Shown in pieces: positions 1-10,800 of a stretch of 64,000 bases of DNA. This DNA comes from Synechococcus sp. (GTDB lineage Bacteria > Cyanobacteriota > Cyanobacteriia > Thermostichales > PCC-7336): positions 1 to 64,000 of the forward strand of contig JBFRWD010000153.1 of NCBI GenBank assembly GCA_051439425.1. The letters run 5' to 3'. Under the pieces are notes generated by a model. The model made no database searches. It worked only from the letters and a program-made list of their open reading frames with translations, and had not been told where the DNA came from. A program made the translations under genes and the position numbers. Each line of letters starts with the position of its first letter. The stretch's first letter is position 1.

Positions 1-43
1 ACATTGTTATTAATAAGGTGCTCTTCCGACAGTAGGTGGTGAC

Positions 44-1030
44 ATGGAAAGCACCGTTCAGCATCAAGACGCAGTCGGCCGGTTCCTAAAAACAATCGGA
101 CGGTACTCATTGCTGGCCCCTGATGAAGAGCTGCAGCTCGCCCATCAAGTTCAGCGTGCAATTGCGTTGGAAGAACGGCAGAAGCCTGGCAGCTCAAAGG
201 CTCAGTGGGCGGAGGATGCCGGCTTGGAGCTGGCAGAGCTAGAACGAGTGCTGCAGGAGGGGAAGGCAGCGAAAAAGCGAATGGTGGAATGCAATCTGCG
301 CTTGGTGGTCTCGATCGCCAAACGCTATCGCAATCGCGGTTTGCCATTTTTGGATCTGATCCAAGAAGGAACGATCGGTTTGACTCGCGCTGTTGAAAAG
401 TTTGACCCTACGCGCGGGTATAAATTTTCTACCTACGCGACGTGGTGGATTCGCCAGAGTGTTAACCGAGGCATTCAAAACAAGGGGCGGATGATTCGGT
501 TGCCCGCTCACATGTACGAGAAAGTGTCGAAGGTCAAGCGTAAGTATCGCGAGCTGTCGGCAACTTCCGGCCTCCGCCCCCCAGTCAACGATGTGTTCGA
601 TTCGCTTGAAATTGGAGATAACTATCGCGATCTAATCACCCGTCACATGTCGGAGATGCGTTCGCTGAACCTAGTGGTCGGTGATGAAGACGGTACCGAA
701 CTGCAGCACTTCATCCAAGATGAAGATAGCGATCCGGTAGACTACCTCAATCAAGTCGCTCACTGTGAAGAAGTTCACATGCTGGTGCAGCACTTAAGCG
801 ATCGCGAGAAAGACGTGATTGTTGCCCGATACGGGCTCGACGGCAGCAACGGCTTAACGCTACGGGAAATTGGCGAGCGGATTGGTCTCTCGCGAGAGCG
901 GGTTCGTCAGATTGAGCGCCGCGCCCTGCGCAAGCTGCGTCGCTTGCAAACTGAAATGTCTGCTATCAATCGTCAGGCTGTTCCCTCTGCTGGGAAGTAC
1001 TACAGTGTGCAAATGTCTGAGGATGACTAA
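44..1030 (+). CDS. RNA polymerase sigma-70 factor, RpoD/SigA-like (probably cyanobacterial group 2)
   Basis: Region 2 motifs NLRLVVSIAKRY, DLIQEGTIGL, EKFDPTRGYKFSTYATWWIRQ; region 4 HTH TLREIGERIGLSRERVRQIE; no region 1.1. Confidence 0.93.
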   Translation: MESTVQHQDAVGRFLKTIGRYSLLAPDEELQLAHQVQRAIALEERQKPGSSKAQWAEDAGLELAELERVLQEGKAAKKRMVECNLRLVVSIAKRYRNRGLPFLDLIQEGTIGLTRAVEKFDPTRGYKFSTYATWWIRQSVNRGIQNKGRMIRLPAHMYEKVSKVKRKYRELSATSGLRPPVNDVFDSLEIGDNYRDLITRHMSEMRSLNLVVGDEDGTELQHFIQDEDSDPVDYLNQVAHCEEVHMLVQHLSDREKDVIVARYGLDGSNGLTLREIGERIGLSRERVRQIERRALRKLRRLQTEMSAINRQAVPSAGKYYSVQMSEDD

Positions 1031-1102
1031 CTAGTCCCTGTTGCGATCGTGTGTCGCAAACCACGTCACAAGGGTTTTAGTGACCTAACGTCCATAAAAT
1101 TT

Positions 1103-1134
1103 AGCTGCGCTGGTGAAGTCACTGGCGCAGCTTT
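1103..1134 (+). terminator. Hairpin downstream of the sigma factor gene, possible terminator
   Basis: AGCTGCGC...GCGCAGCT inverted repeat followed by a short T run. Confidence 0.45.
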
Positions 1135-1251
1135 ACATTAGCTTCACAATATCCGTAGAAACACTGACAGTTTTTTAACGAGCTTCTGCCTAAACTACCA
1201 ACAGCGATATGAAGTTTTCATAAAGCGTGTTGAGCTGTTCTGGAGAAAGCT

Positions 1252-1800
1252 GTGACTGTCATTGGTGTTCCCCCTCGCCCTCGCTCTAAAACGGCAACTC
1301 AGGCAGTGCAGATCGAGCGTAAACCTCGCCACGTCGTTATAGTCACCGACAAGCGTGGCCGCCGTGCTATTTCTCTGGACGCAGCGCTTCTGAGTGTGGG
1401 CTGTGCCTCCGACAGTGCCATTGTGTTGGAATCCGACTCTGCAGCAAATTTGCACGCGCTGTTCGTACGGGTTCCAGACCCCTGCACCCCCGGTGGATAT
1501 CGCTACCGGATTGTGAGCGGGAACGATACCGGATTTGATGGTACCCCTCCCATTGTTGTTGATGGCACACAACGTGCTTCACACGACCTTCTATCGGGAG
1601 ATCGGATCTGGTTTGGCCATGACGCTAAGATGTCCTATCACGTGGCTGACCTCACAGACGCTGAGCTAGCCGCCCACGTGCGACCTTCCTCCTACCGCCG
1701 AATCAAATCGTCGCCAGCAACACCTACCTCGGCACGTCCAGCCGCTGCGCCCAAGGCCGCTTTCACCATGTCTGATTTGATGGCTAATTTTTCGCGATAG
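1252..1800 (+). CDS. FHA-domain-like protein (degenerate phosphothreonine-binding motifs)
   Basis: Layout resembles cyanobacterial FHA proteins (SVG..SD.AIVL...LHA, YRIVSG, HDLLSGDRIWFG). Confidence 0.7.
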   Translation: MTVIGVPPRPRSKTATQAVQIERKPRHVVIVTDKRGRRAISLDAALLSVGCASDSAIVLESDSAANLHALFVRVPDPCTPGGYRYRIVSGNDTGFDGTPPIVVDGTQRASHDLLSGDRIWFGHDAKMSYHVADLTDAELAAHVRPSSYRRIKSSPATPTSARPAAAPKAAFTMSDLMANFSR

Positions 1801-1920
1801 AGCGAAGCAATTTTGAGGTGATGACAAGTGGGTCGCTTGCTTTCGCGATCGACCCCCTCTTTCTTCTCAAATTGCCCTGCATCACCTAAGTCTTACTTCC
1901 AACCTACGAGTACTCTCCAT

Positions 1921-1955
1921 ATCCGCTGCAACTGAGATGCAGCGGATTTTTTTTT
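1921..1955 (+). terminator. Rho-independent terminator
   Basis: Perfect 10-bp stem ATCCGCTGCA/TGCAGCGGAT followed by a long T tract. Confidence 0.85.
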
Positions 1956-2075
1956 CGCCTGTCCAACCTGACTCTCCCAGCTTTTCTCTACTACAGGAAG
2001 AAGGGAGCTAGAGATTCTAGCCTGAGTCGTTTCATTGGACTACTAGACGGCCAGCTCAGCCCCGTCGAGCTGTCG

Positions 2076-4163
2076 TTACTCAACGATCTCCGTCGAGCTG
2101 ACGTTCTCCAGTGACGGAATCGTTTCCCCCGATTGCAGCGAGACAGAGGCCACATCCGCCGGAAACGCAATCGTAAACGTGCTGCCCACATTCGGTTGAC
2201 TGCTTAGTTCAACAGTTCCCCCCATCATTTCGACAAATTGCTTGGAAATAGCCAGTCCCAGCCCGGTTCCTCCGTACTTGCGGGTGGTGGAGTTATCAGC
2301 TTGGCTGAATGCCTCAAACACAATATCCATCTGAGCTTGGGTCATGCCAATACCGCTGTCGCTGACAGCACATTCGATCCATGGCGTTCCGTTGCGTATA
2401 ACCTGCCGAGTCGTCAGTGCGATCGTGCCCTCCTGAGTGAACTTGCAGGCGTTGCTCAGTAAGTTGAGCAGAATCTGCCGTAATTTTGTAACGTCTGCAT
2501 TGATTACTCCCACATCGGGTGCGGTGTTAATGACAAAAGTGTTGTTCTTTTTGGCTGCCAGGGGCTCAATGGTATGAGAGATCTCGACCAGCAACACAGA
2601 TAAGTTAAACCGCTCCAAGTACAACTCCATGCGGCCCGCTTCAATTTTTGAGAGATCCAAAACTCCGTTAATCAGCTCTAGTAGATGGTGACCCGAGGTG
2701 CGAATTTTCTCTAAATCCGGTACAAAGTCGAGTGGTTCGAGTTCCTCTGCTTCCTCAATCAGCATGTCGCTATAGCCCAAAATGGCATTCATCGGCGTGC
2801 GCAATTCGTGGCTCATATTGGCGAGAAACGCGCTTTTGGCTTCGTTGGCCTGCTCGGCTTGAATCCGAGCTTGTTGGGCCTCTTCTTGGCTAGCCTCTAA
2901 TTCACAAGTGCGTTCTTTGACGCGATCTTCCAAGCCAGTAACCAGCGTTTGCAGTTTGTCAGACATATGGTTAAAGGCCCGAGCCAGTAGACCGATTTCA
3001 TCGTCTGAGAGAACGGGAGCGCGGCTATTGAACTGACCGCGAGCCATCTCGTTGGCAGCCGTAGCGATCGCCAAAATAGGATCGATCAGTTTGCGACTAG
3101 CACCATACACCGCCACCAGCATGACGGCGATGGTGCCGAGCCCGATGGCCACAATATCAAGGGCCAACCGATGGGCCGGAGCGAAGGCTTCTGATTGGGT
3201 AATCTCGACCACCAACACGCTGTTGAGGTTGGGTAGCCATTGGTATACCCCCAAAACCTTATTGCCATCGTAGTTTCGAGTGAGTCCCGCCCTAGAATTT
3301 CGGAATAGAAATGCCGATTCTATTCCAGGGGATATGGGTTCTGCGGGAATGGTCATGCGCGGTTCGGACTCTTGCGGAGAGTGTTCGGTCTGTGTTGAGC
3401 CTACGGTTTGTGCCTGAACCTGCCCGCCTTCTGAAATCAGCCGAAATCGCCCGTTGTGACTTCCTACCAAGTAGGTTTCAACCGTATTCCAAGCATCCGT
3501 ATTCTGTCCGATCGCCCGATCGATATCCTCCAGATCGAGATCGATCGCCAGCGCCCCCATCGGTTGCCGCTCGGAATCGTAAATATACGTGGCGAAGGTA
3601 ATCGCAGCCCGATCGTTACTGAGATAAAAATTGGGGCGGACATTTCGAACCGTCCCTGGCGTAAAAAACGTTGTGGGTGGCCCCAATGCTCGGTACTGCC
3701 CTAATGAAGCAGGGTTGTTCGAGGAGAAGATGGTAAATCCGCCATTCGTGGTGATATTCAAGCTGGCAAGGTTTGGCTTAATTGCGGCGATATTGGCAAA
3801 GTGCTGTTTTAAGTCGGCGATCGCCTGCCGATCCGAGTCGTTCACCAACCTCTCTCGGTCAACGATCGAGCGGGCATCCGTGACAGCCATTAAGCCATCG
3901 CTATCTGTTAATACCGCGACAGCCTGTCGAACTTCCTGCAGTTGACTGAGCAGCAGGATGTCACTCTGTTGGTCGTTCACCCACTCACTTAGCTGCAGTT
4001 GTTTTAGCGATGCCTCCACCTGCAGCCGTTCTAGCGTGGAGCGAAAGATCGAGTCGCGGGCCCGCAACACCGACCATAGCGCCACGACCACCACCGTGAT
4101 CGTCGATAGTGCCGAGAAATATAGAACAAATTTTGTCAACAAACCAGCCCGCTTGAAGGCCAT
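2076..4163 (-). CDS. Membrane sensor histidine kinase (Cache-like sensor, HAMP, HisKA, HATPase)
   Basis: Two TM segments; [18 protein letters not shown]-box [17 protein letters not shown]-box [15 protein letters not shown] boxes DSGIG, GGTGLGL. Confidence 0.95.
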   Translation of the reverse strand: MAFKRAGLLTKFVLYFSALSTITVVVVALWSVLRARDSIFRSTLERLQVEASLKQLQLSEWVNDQQSDILLLSQLQEVRQAVAVLTDSDGLMAVTDARSIVDRERLVNDSDRQAIADLKQHFANIAAIKPNLASLNITTNGGFTIFSSNNPASLGQYRALGPPTTFFTPGTVRNVRPNFYLSNDRAAITFATYIYDSERQPMGALAIDLDLEDIDRAIGQNTDAWNTVETYLVGSHNGRFRLISEGGQVQAQTVGSTQTEHSPQESEPRMTIPAEPISPGIESAFLFRNSRAGLTRNYDGNKVLGVYQWLPNLNSVLVVEITQSEAFAPAHRLALDIVAIGLGTIAVMLVAVYGASRKLIDPILAIATAANEMARGQFNSRAPVLSDDEIGLLARAFNHMSDKLQTLVTGLEDRVKERTCELEASQEEAQQARIQAEQANEAKSAFLANMSHELRTPMNAILGYSDMLIEEAEELEPLDFVPDLEKIRTSGHHLLELINGVLDLSKIEAGRMELYLERFNLSVLLVEISHTIEPLAAKKNNTFVINTAPDVGVINADVTKLRQILLNLLSNACKFTQEGTIALTTRQVIRNGTPWIECAVSDSGIGMTQAQMDIVFEAFSQADNSTTRKYGGTGLGLAISKQFVEMMGGTVELSSQPNVGSTFTIAFPADVASVSLQSGETIPSLENVSSTEIVE

Positions 4164-4267
4164 GTCAACCCCACGTCAAACTCATTTGCTGGCTGTCTCA
4201 ATTGCTGGGCAAAAAGGGCAGATCTAAGTCAGGCAGGAACACTGTAGGAGCGAGCATTTCCCAGCAC

Positions 4268-4957
4268 TCACTCCGCCACCAGTCCTAATTTCAAGGCTTT
4301 CACAATCGCCTGGGTACGACTTTTGACCTCAAGCTTCGAAAAAATTGCAGTCAAGTGGGCTTTAACGGTGGCGACGGTGACATACAGATGCTTGGCGATG
4401 GCCTCATTCGATTCCCCTTGCACTAACCAATGCAAAACCTCCCGCTCCCGCTCGGTTAAGTTCGTCTCTTGGCAGACCTGTAGCGAATGTCCTGCGTAAA
4501 AATTAAACATGCGGAAAAATCCCGTCATTACCTCGGGGGATAAGTAAATTTCTCCCCCCATCACGGTTGAAATGGCCTCGCACAGCTGACTTGCTAACCG
4601 ATGCTTGAAGACATATCCATTGGCCCCTGCTTGCATGGCTCGATAGACACGCTCGTCTTCATGGTGGGCCGATAGCACCAAAACTTTTCCGTTGTAGGCG
4701 CCTTTTTTCAACCCCAACAGGACATCGACGCCATCATCCGCAGCTAATTCCATATCCAATAACGTCAATGCTGGATGCTGTTCGAAGGCAAGCTTTAGGG
4801 CTTGGTTGGGTGACACAGCCTCACCCACCACTTGAATCTGTCCTAATTCCCTCGAACTGAATAGCTCCAGTAACGTACGTAACCCTTGCCGAAATAAGGG
4901 TTCGTCATCCACTAACAGTAAAGAAAGGGGTGGGGGCTGGAGCATGAGTGTTGGCAT
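4268..4957 (-). CDS. NarL/LuxR-family response regulator
   Basis: REC LLVDDEP...LLDMEL; LuxR HTH LTEREREVL...NEAIAKHLYVTVATVKAHL. Confidence 0.95.
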   Translation of the reverse strand: MPTLMLQPPPLSLLLVDDEPLFRQGLRTLLELFSSRELGQIQVVGEAVSPNQALKLAFEQHPALTLLDMELAADDGVDVLLGLKKGAYNGKVLVLSAHHEDERVYRAMQAGANGYVFKHRLASQLCEAISTVMGGEIYLSPEVMTGFFRMFNFYAGHSLQVCQETNLTEREREVLHWLVQGESNEAIAKHLYVTVATVKAHLTAIFSKLEVKSRTQAIVKALKLGLVAE

Positions 4958-4975
4958 TAAAAAACAAATAGAGGA

Positions 4976-6307
4976 CTAATGGATGACCGAGGGTTTATTA
5001 ATCGTGAAGCAAAACTGAGCCCCACCTTCAGACAACGATTGACACCCAATATCTCCACCGTGCTCCCGGATAAAGCCTCTGGCGATCGCCAATCCCAATC
5101 CATGTCCCCCAGGGCGGCGGGAATAGTGTGGCAAGAAAGCGGATTTGAGATCTTCAGAACTCAAGCCAGGGCCAAAATCGGTAATCTTGACGGATATGTT
5201 GTGGTGTAATTGCGTCCAATCGCAGGTAATGGCAGCACCATACGGGCTGAAGTGAATGGCATTATTCAGAAGATTTTCGAAGACCTGCTGAATCTGCGAG
5301 CGGTTGACCCATACTTGCTGAGTTTCATCCGGAACTGTTATGCACAATCGCTTGACTCTCCAATGGTGTTGCAGACCGGCGATCGCATCTAGCGCTATGG
5401 CACGCAAATCACAGAGAGTTCTTTCACTCTGAGTTTCCGGACTGGTCTGAAACAGTGACAAGCGTTTATCCATGTCTCGAATCGTTGCTTGAATCGCTTC
5501 GGCCTGTTTCCGTAAGTTCCCAGCTGGAAGCTGCAAAAGTAACGTATCGGCAAAGAGTTCGATTGCTGCTAGGGGATTGCGCAGTTGATGCTGAACTTTG
5601 CGCAATCGCTGTTCTACCTCTACAGCTTGTTCCTGAGAATGGGACCGAGCAGCCTCTAAATAATCACGTAAGAGATGAACCCGTTGATTGACTGATTTTT
5701 GCTGAGATGGGGTCAGCGGACATTCTGTTGCAATAAGTAAATGCTCGTCGCCATCAACGGCATGATTTAGGAAACAGGCATATACATATGCTTCAGTTCG
5801 CTGGCTGACACTCTGTCCGGAGTCAGGTTGAGAGCGATTGGCTGGCGACAATAAAACCAGGTTGGGGTGTAGTCTCGTACCGGATAGTTGCTCGCAACGA
5901 ACGGGAGATCGAACAGCGGCCATTAGCTGCTTAAATCCTTCAGCCCTGAATCCATCGGCCCATTGCCAGCGACCCCTTTGGGCATCGTAAAAAACAATTC
6001 TTACCCCCAAAGCTGCTAGCTGGTCGGATAGTTCTAAAGCCTGCCGATGGCAGACGCTCGATACATTTTCCGTTGGTGCACAAGGCGAATCTGAGCTGTA
6101 CGCAATCGTACTAGTTTTTTTAATTGCGATATTGTTAATTGCGATATTATTTTCAGCAACATTATTTACAGCAAAATTATCTACAGCAACATTGCGCCTG
6201 TCTCGTCGAGATACGACATTGGGATGATGTGAATATTCCTCATCACAAGTGGACTGTCCACCAAAAACAACAGCCTGACGTCGATCGTTCAAGAGAGACA
6301 CATCCAC
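4976..6307 (-). CDS. Cytoplasmic histidine kinase
   Basis: H-box HQLRNPLAAI, N-box QVFENLLNNAIHF, DFGPG, GHGLGLAI; start position uncertain. Confidence 0.88.
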   Translation of the reverse strand: MDVSLLNDRRQAVVFGGQSTCDEEYSHHPNVVSRRDRRNVAVDNFAVNNVAENNIAINNIAIKKTSTIAYSSDSPCAPTENVSSVCHRQALELSDQLAALGVRIVFYDAQRGRWQWADGFRAEGFKQLMAAVRSPVRCEQLSGTRLHPNLVLLSPANRSQPDSGQSVSQRTEAYVYACFLNHAVDGDEHLLIATECPLTPSQQKSVNQRVHLLRDYLEAARSHSQEQAVEVEQRLRKVQHQLRNPLAAIELFADTLLLQLPAGNLRKQAEAIQATIRDMDKRLSLFQTSPETQSERTLCDLRAIALDAIAGLQHHWRVKRLCITVPDETQQVWVNRSQIQQVFENLLNNAIHFSPYGAAITCDWTQLHHNISVKITDFGPGLSSEDLKSAFLPHYSRRPGGHGLGLAIARGFIREHGGDIGCQSLSEGGAQFCFTINKPSVIH

Positions 6308-7110
6308 GGTATTACTTACTCAAAACTGCTTTGCATGACTTGGAGACTGAAATTCTAAGACCATCCACCAGAGCTTTACTGAAGCAATACAGTCAGCACA
6401 CTGAAATCCTGTTCAACAAACGAAGCCTCTATAATTCATGCGGGAAACCAGAAAACAGCAAAATCACAATCAAAACCGAAAGATAGACCTCCTTGTTTGA
6501 ACTAAACTTTGGCGTTGGTAGCTGTTCGGGATCGATTAAAATGCCTTTATCTAAAAGGCTTTATATTTTCACAATAACTTGGGCCTTCAGTTTTGAATAT
6601 GTAGAAAAAACGATCGCCATTTCGTTTCTCAAAGCTCTTAATTGTATAGCGTAAAACACGCATGTCACCCGAGATTATTCCGAATGTATGGTGTAAAAAA
6701 ATCTCTGTCGATCGCAGCATATTTCGCCAGATCGGTTTGCTGACAAACTATCTTCATGAGGTCGGCCAGTTTAATCCCAAGCGTGATAGAACACGGGCAT
6801 TTTCAGGCGCGCCATTAATGTAGAGTCCTCTATCGATCTTGAACAGCAGCAGATGGGCTCCTCCATAAGTTACGGGACAGAGGCTGGCGGTATAGACTTT
6901 CGGCGAATAGGCAGACAACGAGCGAAATTTTAGGGTAGACAGCAATGCCACTCTGGTAGAGGTGTATCTGCCAAGAGATGTCCCGAAGGTGTGTCTTGGT
7001 ATCGGGCTGCTTGTCTGCCTGAGAAAGGTACCTTGGTCCGTGTCTCCAGACTCAGGCGATCGAGCGGAGGCTTTGGGGGGTACGGCTGGCTGATAACTAA
7101 GGAGCGTACA

Positions 7111-7341
7111 GTGCCAGCATCTAACTCCTGCGTGCAATCTCCCGTTGTCAATTCGGCATTTGGTATCGATTTGAACTCGCTGAGCGCCGAAGAGATTGCG
7201 GGGCTTGGGGAGACCGCAGAACGGATATTGAATGACCCGTTGTTGCTGCAGCAACTAACCGATCGCGTCTATCGGTTGCTACAGGACGATTTAGCTCGGC
7301 AGTCGGAACGAGGGCTTGGGAGGCGATCGCATGGCAGATGA
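7111..7341 (+). CDS. Small eCIS-associated hypothetical protein
   Basis: GTG at 7111 preceded by AAGGAG; overlaps the tube gene start; C-terminal helix LTDRVYRLLQDDLARQSERG. Confidence 0.6.
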   Translation: MPASNSCVQSPVVNSAFGIDLNSLSAEEIAGLGETAERILNDPLLLQQLTDRVYRLLQDDLARQSERGLGRRSHGR

Positions 7342-7867
7342 TAGTCCCCAACTCGATTACGTCACGACCAATCGGTTTTACGTTGAAATTGAAAACCGCA
7401 TCACTGCGTCCTTTTCGGAATGTAGTGGCGTCAGCTTTCAGGTGAAATGCGATAAGCACATGGAAGGTGGGGTCAACGACCAGCAGCGATTGATTTTGGG
7501 CCAGACAGAATTTTCGGACATCACCCTCAAACGGGGCATTACGGATGACTTGATATTTCTGGAGTGGATAGGAAAGTTGCTGGAGGTTCGCCGGGGCAAT
7601 ACTCGGCTGAAGGATCTGCGCCGCAACATCAATATTTTGTCCTTTAACCAAGCGGGGGAGACCATGCAGTGCTGGACGCTGATTGGGGCGGTTCCAGTTG
7701 GCTGGCAAGGCCCCAGCTATAGTGCGGATTCCAACAACGTCGCCGTCGAAGAACTCACCATCGCTTACGAAGGACTGAACGTCGCCACTGGCCAGAATCG
7801 TAACGGTAGCGGTGGTGCCCTTTATCTCGATCGCCGCGGTCCCTCTGGATACTTCTCCAGCAATTAA
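7331..7867 (+). CDS. Phage-tail tube protein (T4 gp19 / Afp1-Afp5-like) of an eCIS
   Basis: NRFYVEI, FSECSG, EGGVN, DITLKRG, W.L.GA.PV.W.GP, VAVEELTIAYE are typical gp19-like tube motifs. Confidence 0.92.
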   Translation: MADDSPQLDYVTTNRFYVEIENRITASFSECSGVSFQVKCDKHMEGGVNDQQRLILGQTEFSDITLKRGITDDLIFLEWIGKLLEVRRGNTRLKDLRRNINILSFNQAGETMQCWTLIGAVPVGWQGPSYSADSNNVAVEELTIAYEGLNVATGQNRNGSGGALYLDRRGPSGYFSSN

Positions 7868-7870
7868 GCA

Positions 7871-10800
7871 ATGTCCACCTCTCCCCCCTCCGATCCTCAC
7901 ACATCCCCCGATCCCCAGGAGTCCACCTCTCCCCCTCTCGGACTCCGAAAGCCTCTATTGCCGATGCCTCCACTCGGGCAGCGCAGCTCGTCTGCGGCCT
8001 TCCGCTTGGGTCGCCGCTCGATTACGGTTTTGGCTCCTTTGCAAGCCAACCACTGGAGGGCAGAACGGGGAGCGCGTACTGCTGTTCTGCAACCGCTATC
8101 CATCAACACTCTTCCCCGTGTCAATCGCAACAACGAACCGCTCTTCGCTGTTGGCAACACACCATCGGAATTGCGCGAGGATGAGAGTCCAAGCACTCCA
8201 CCAATACCAACCCCGAATGCTCCGACCGGTCTCCAGCATCAAGACCGAGAAACAATTGCCCCCGCTCAACACGTTGATGCTCCCCAAGCACAGACGAATC
8301 AAGGGCCTTCCTCACTACAGCTGAAATCACTCTCTCCGAGTTCATCTGACAACCCGAAAGGCCATCAGGAACGCCATTCAGCTAACACCGATACAAACAG
8401 TGGAGCTTCGGACGAAGACCGGCAGCAAACGCCAACAACTCAGGCAGTACCACAATCAGACAGACCCTTCCATACTCAACCAACAATAGAATCCCCCGCG
8501 CTGCCTACGAATTCCCTGCAGCGACACTCTGCAACAACTCCTTCGCCCTCAGCAGCTAATTCCCCCTTGCCAGACCAGCCCGCCCCTATTGCCACATCGG
8601 GCTCCTCCCAGCAATCATCCATTGAAGACAGCCCGCAACTTACCCACAGCGATCTTCACCCTGCGGCAGAAACAGTAGACTCCCAGATTCAAGAAAGTAG
8701 TGAGTTCTCTCCAACCCAAGCAGGGCAGTCATCCATCGCGAATCCTCCGCCAACGGGCGATCGCCACCAACTACCTCAACCGCCTTCAACTGTCCAACGC
8801 CAAGTCTCTTCAAAAGCTCCCCAATCTCCATCTCCACGCACTGACACCGGCACCGGCACCGGCACCGACACCAACACCGACAGCCTGTCTGCGTCCCAAT
8901 CATCGTCACAAGCGCACGGAGAGGTTCACCAGCGATCGCCCCTCCATCCCTCTGAATCTTCAGTTGTAGTACGTCAAACTGCCGCATCATCTCCAAACAA
9001 CGAATCTGCAGCACAGACCTCTTTCGAGAAATCTAGCGGGACATCGCAAGGGCAGAGCGGACAAGTGTCCTCCAGCGATCGCCCCACGCCTTCTAGCCAT
9101 CCCGACAACCCGTCTCCCAAAGCCCAGCCCAAGCCCCAATCAGTTCACCCAGAGCGCAGAACGACGCACCCTTCAGCATCAACTTTTTCAGGGGCGGATT
9201 CTTCAGGGTCAAACTCTTCCGAATCGGCGTCGGAACAATTAGCGTCTGAAGTTAGCAGCCAAAACTCTCCAACCCCAACGATTCACCCCGTTCAGCCTCA
9301 ATCTAGCGAGCGGTCTTCGGCACCTCCAGTTAGCACGTCCTCCTCTCCACAAATCTCCACGACCCAGGCATTCAAAAAAGAGGCCTACAAAGAATCAGGC
9401 CATTCATCATCACGAACGACCCCAACAAACTCGTCACCAACAACTGGAATACCTCCAACAAGCAGCAACATCACAGAAGGTGCGGCTCAACCATCGATCG
9501 CCAGCAATCCAATAACTCCAAATGCTGTAACTCCACCCGATCGAGCAATTCAGGCAAGGACAACAGCGGCTAGCAATGCAGACGAGATGCCTCCATCGCA
9601 GCACCCATCCCTTTCGAATGAGGCGGAACAGAGACGGCAGGAGCAACCGGAGATCGCAGCAAGTGCCAGCACTGAACTATCAAAGTCCCCAACTGAGCAA
9701 ACATCTGAAACCACAATCCAGCGGGGCGCAGATAAATCAACAGAGCAATCTGCAGTCGTCGAACACGAACTCCGTGGCGGCAGCCCAAATAGCCCGAACA
9801 TTCAACATCATCAGCCAGCTCCCGAGATCGGTTCAGCCAGTCCTAAACAGTTACAAGCGTCTTCAACAGATACGTCATCAACCAATGCTGAATCTCCAGC
9901 CAGCGATCGCCCAGAATCACCGATCGCCCAGCGAGCCCAATCTCCATCCACTCAACCAGCCGTTTCCAGTCAATCTTTTGCGAATACAGTTAGTTCTTCA
10001 AATTCATCCAGCACGCCCTCAAATTCGTCCAGTCCGGCACCATCCCCTTCCACTCCCAACATTCAAAAAGCGTCCAACCAGCCCTCTGCAAGCCAAGCGA
10101 AGGAAGCGACAACTACTTCTATTCGCTCATCTAAAGGCTTGAATTCTTCGGGCAATGCAACCAATCAGAAAGATGCTGCTACGCCAAGCGGTGAGTCTCA
10201 AACTCAGCATTCGTCATGCCAGTCTCCAGCCAGCCAACAGTCAATCCAAGCAAAGCCACAAGAGGCGGCAGAAAAAAATGCTCAAATACCGTCCTCTGAG
10301 GAGCTAAACAGAACATTCAATCCCCCATTTCAAGGCGCATCCAAGCAATCACCTGAACCTGAACCTGAGGGAGCTACAGATACTCCTATACCTTCATCCG
10401 CAGGTCTGATATCCTCGGATATTTCCTCCCAACGGGCCAATCAATCTACACCCATCGATGCACCCTTGGTGCGCCAGTCTTCCTCGCCCACTTCATCTCT
10501 CCCCAGCCAGACAGAATCCCCCAACTCTGACCCAGTCACCACGACCTCAGTGACGGCAGGCAGTCCCTTAAGTCACGAGGGATCGCCCAAAGCGCTATCA
10601 GAAGCCCCAAACCCGTCGGTTCGCGGAGTTCAGCGATCGCTCCAACAGCCACCAGACGCTCCAACAGAGGAATTGGCAACTCATTCTGCGCAGGTATCCG
10701 CAGACTGCCCCCTTTCAAGTGCGACCAAACAGCTGAGGGCTAACGATACCGAAATCGACACATCACCACCCCCAACATCCGACAACACACCGCTGCCAAG

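Noticed and set aside
1801..1955. Possible sRNA upstream of the strong terminator
   Set aside because: Adequately explained as the 3' UTR and terminator of the FHA-like gene; no promoter evidence.
8843..8882. GACACC/GGCACC hexamer repeat
   Set aside because: An in-frame low-complexity coding repeat (DTGTGTGTDTNTD) inside the giant protein.
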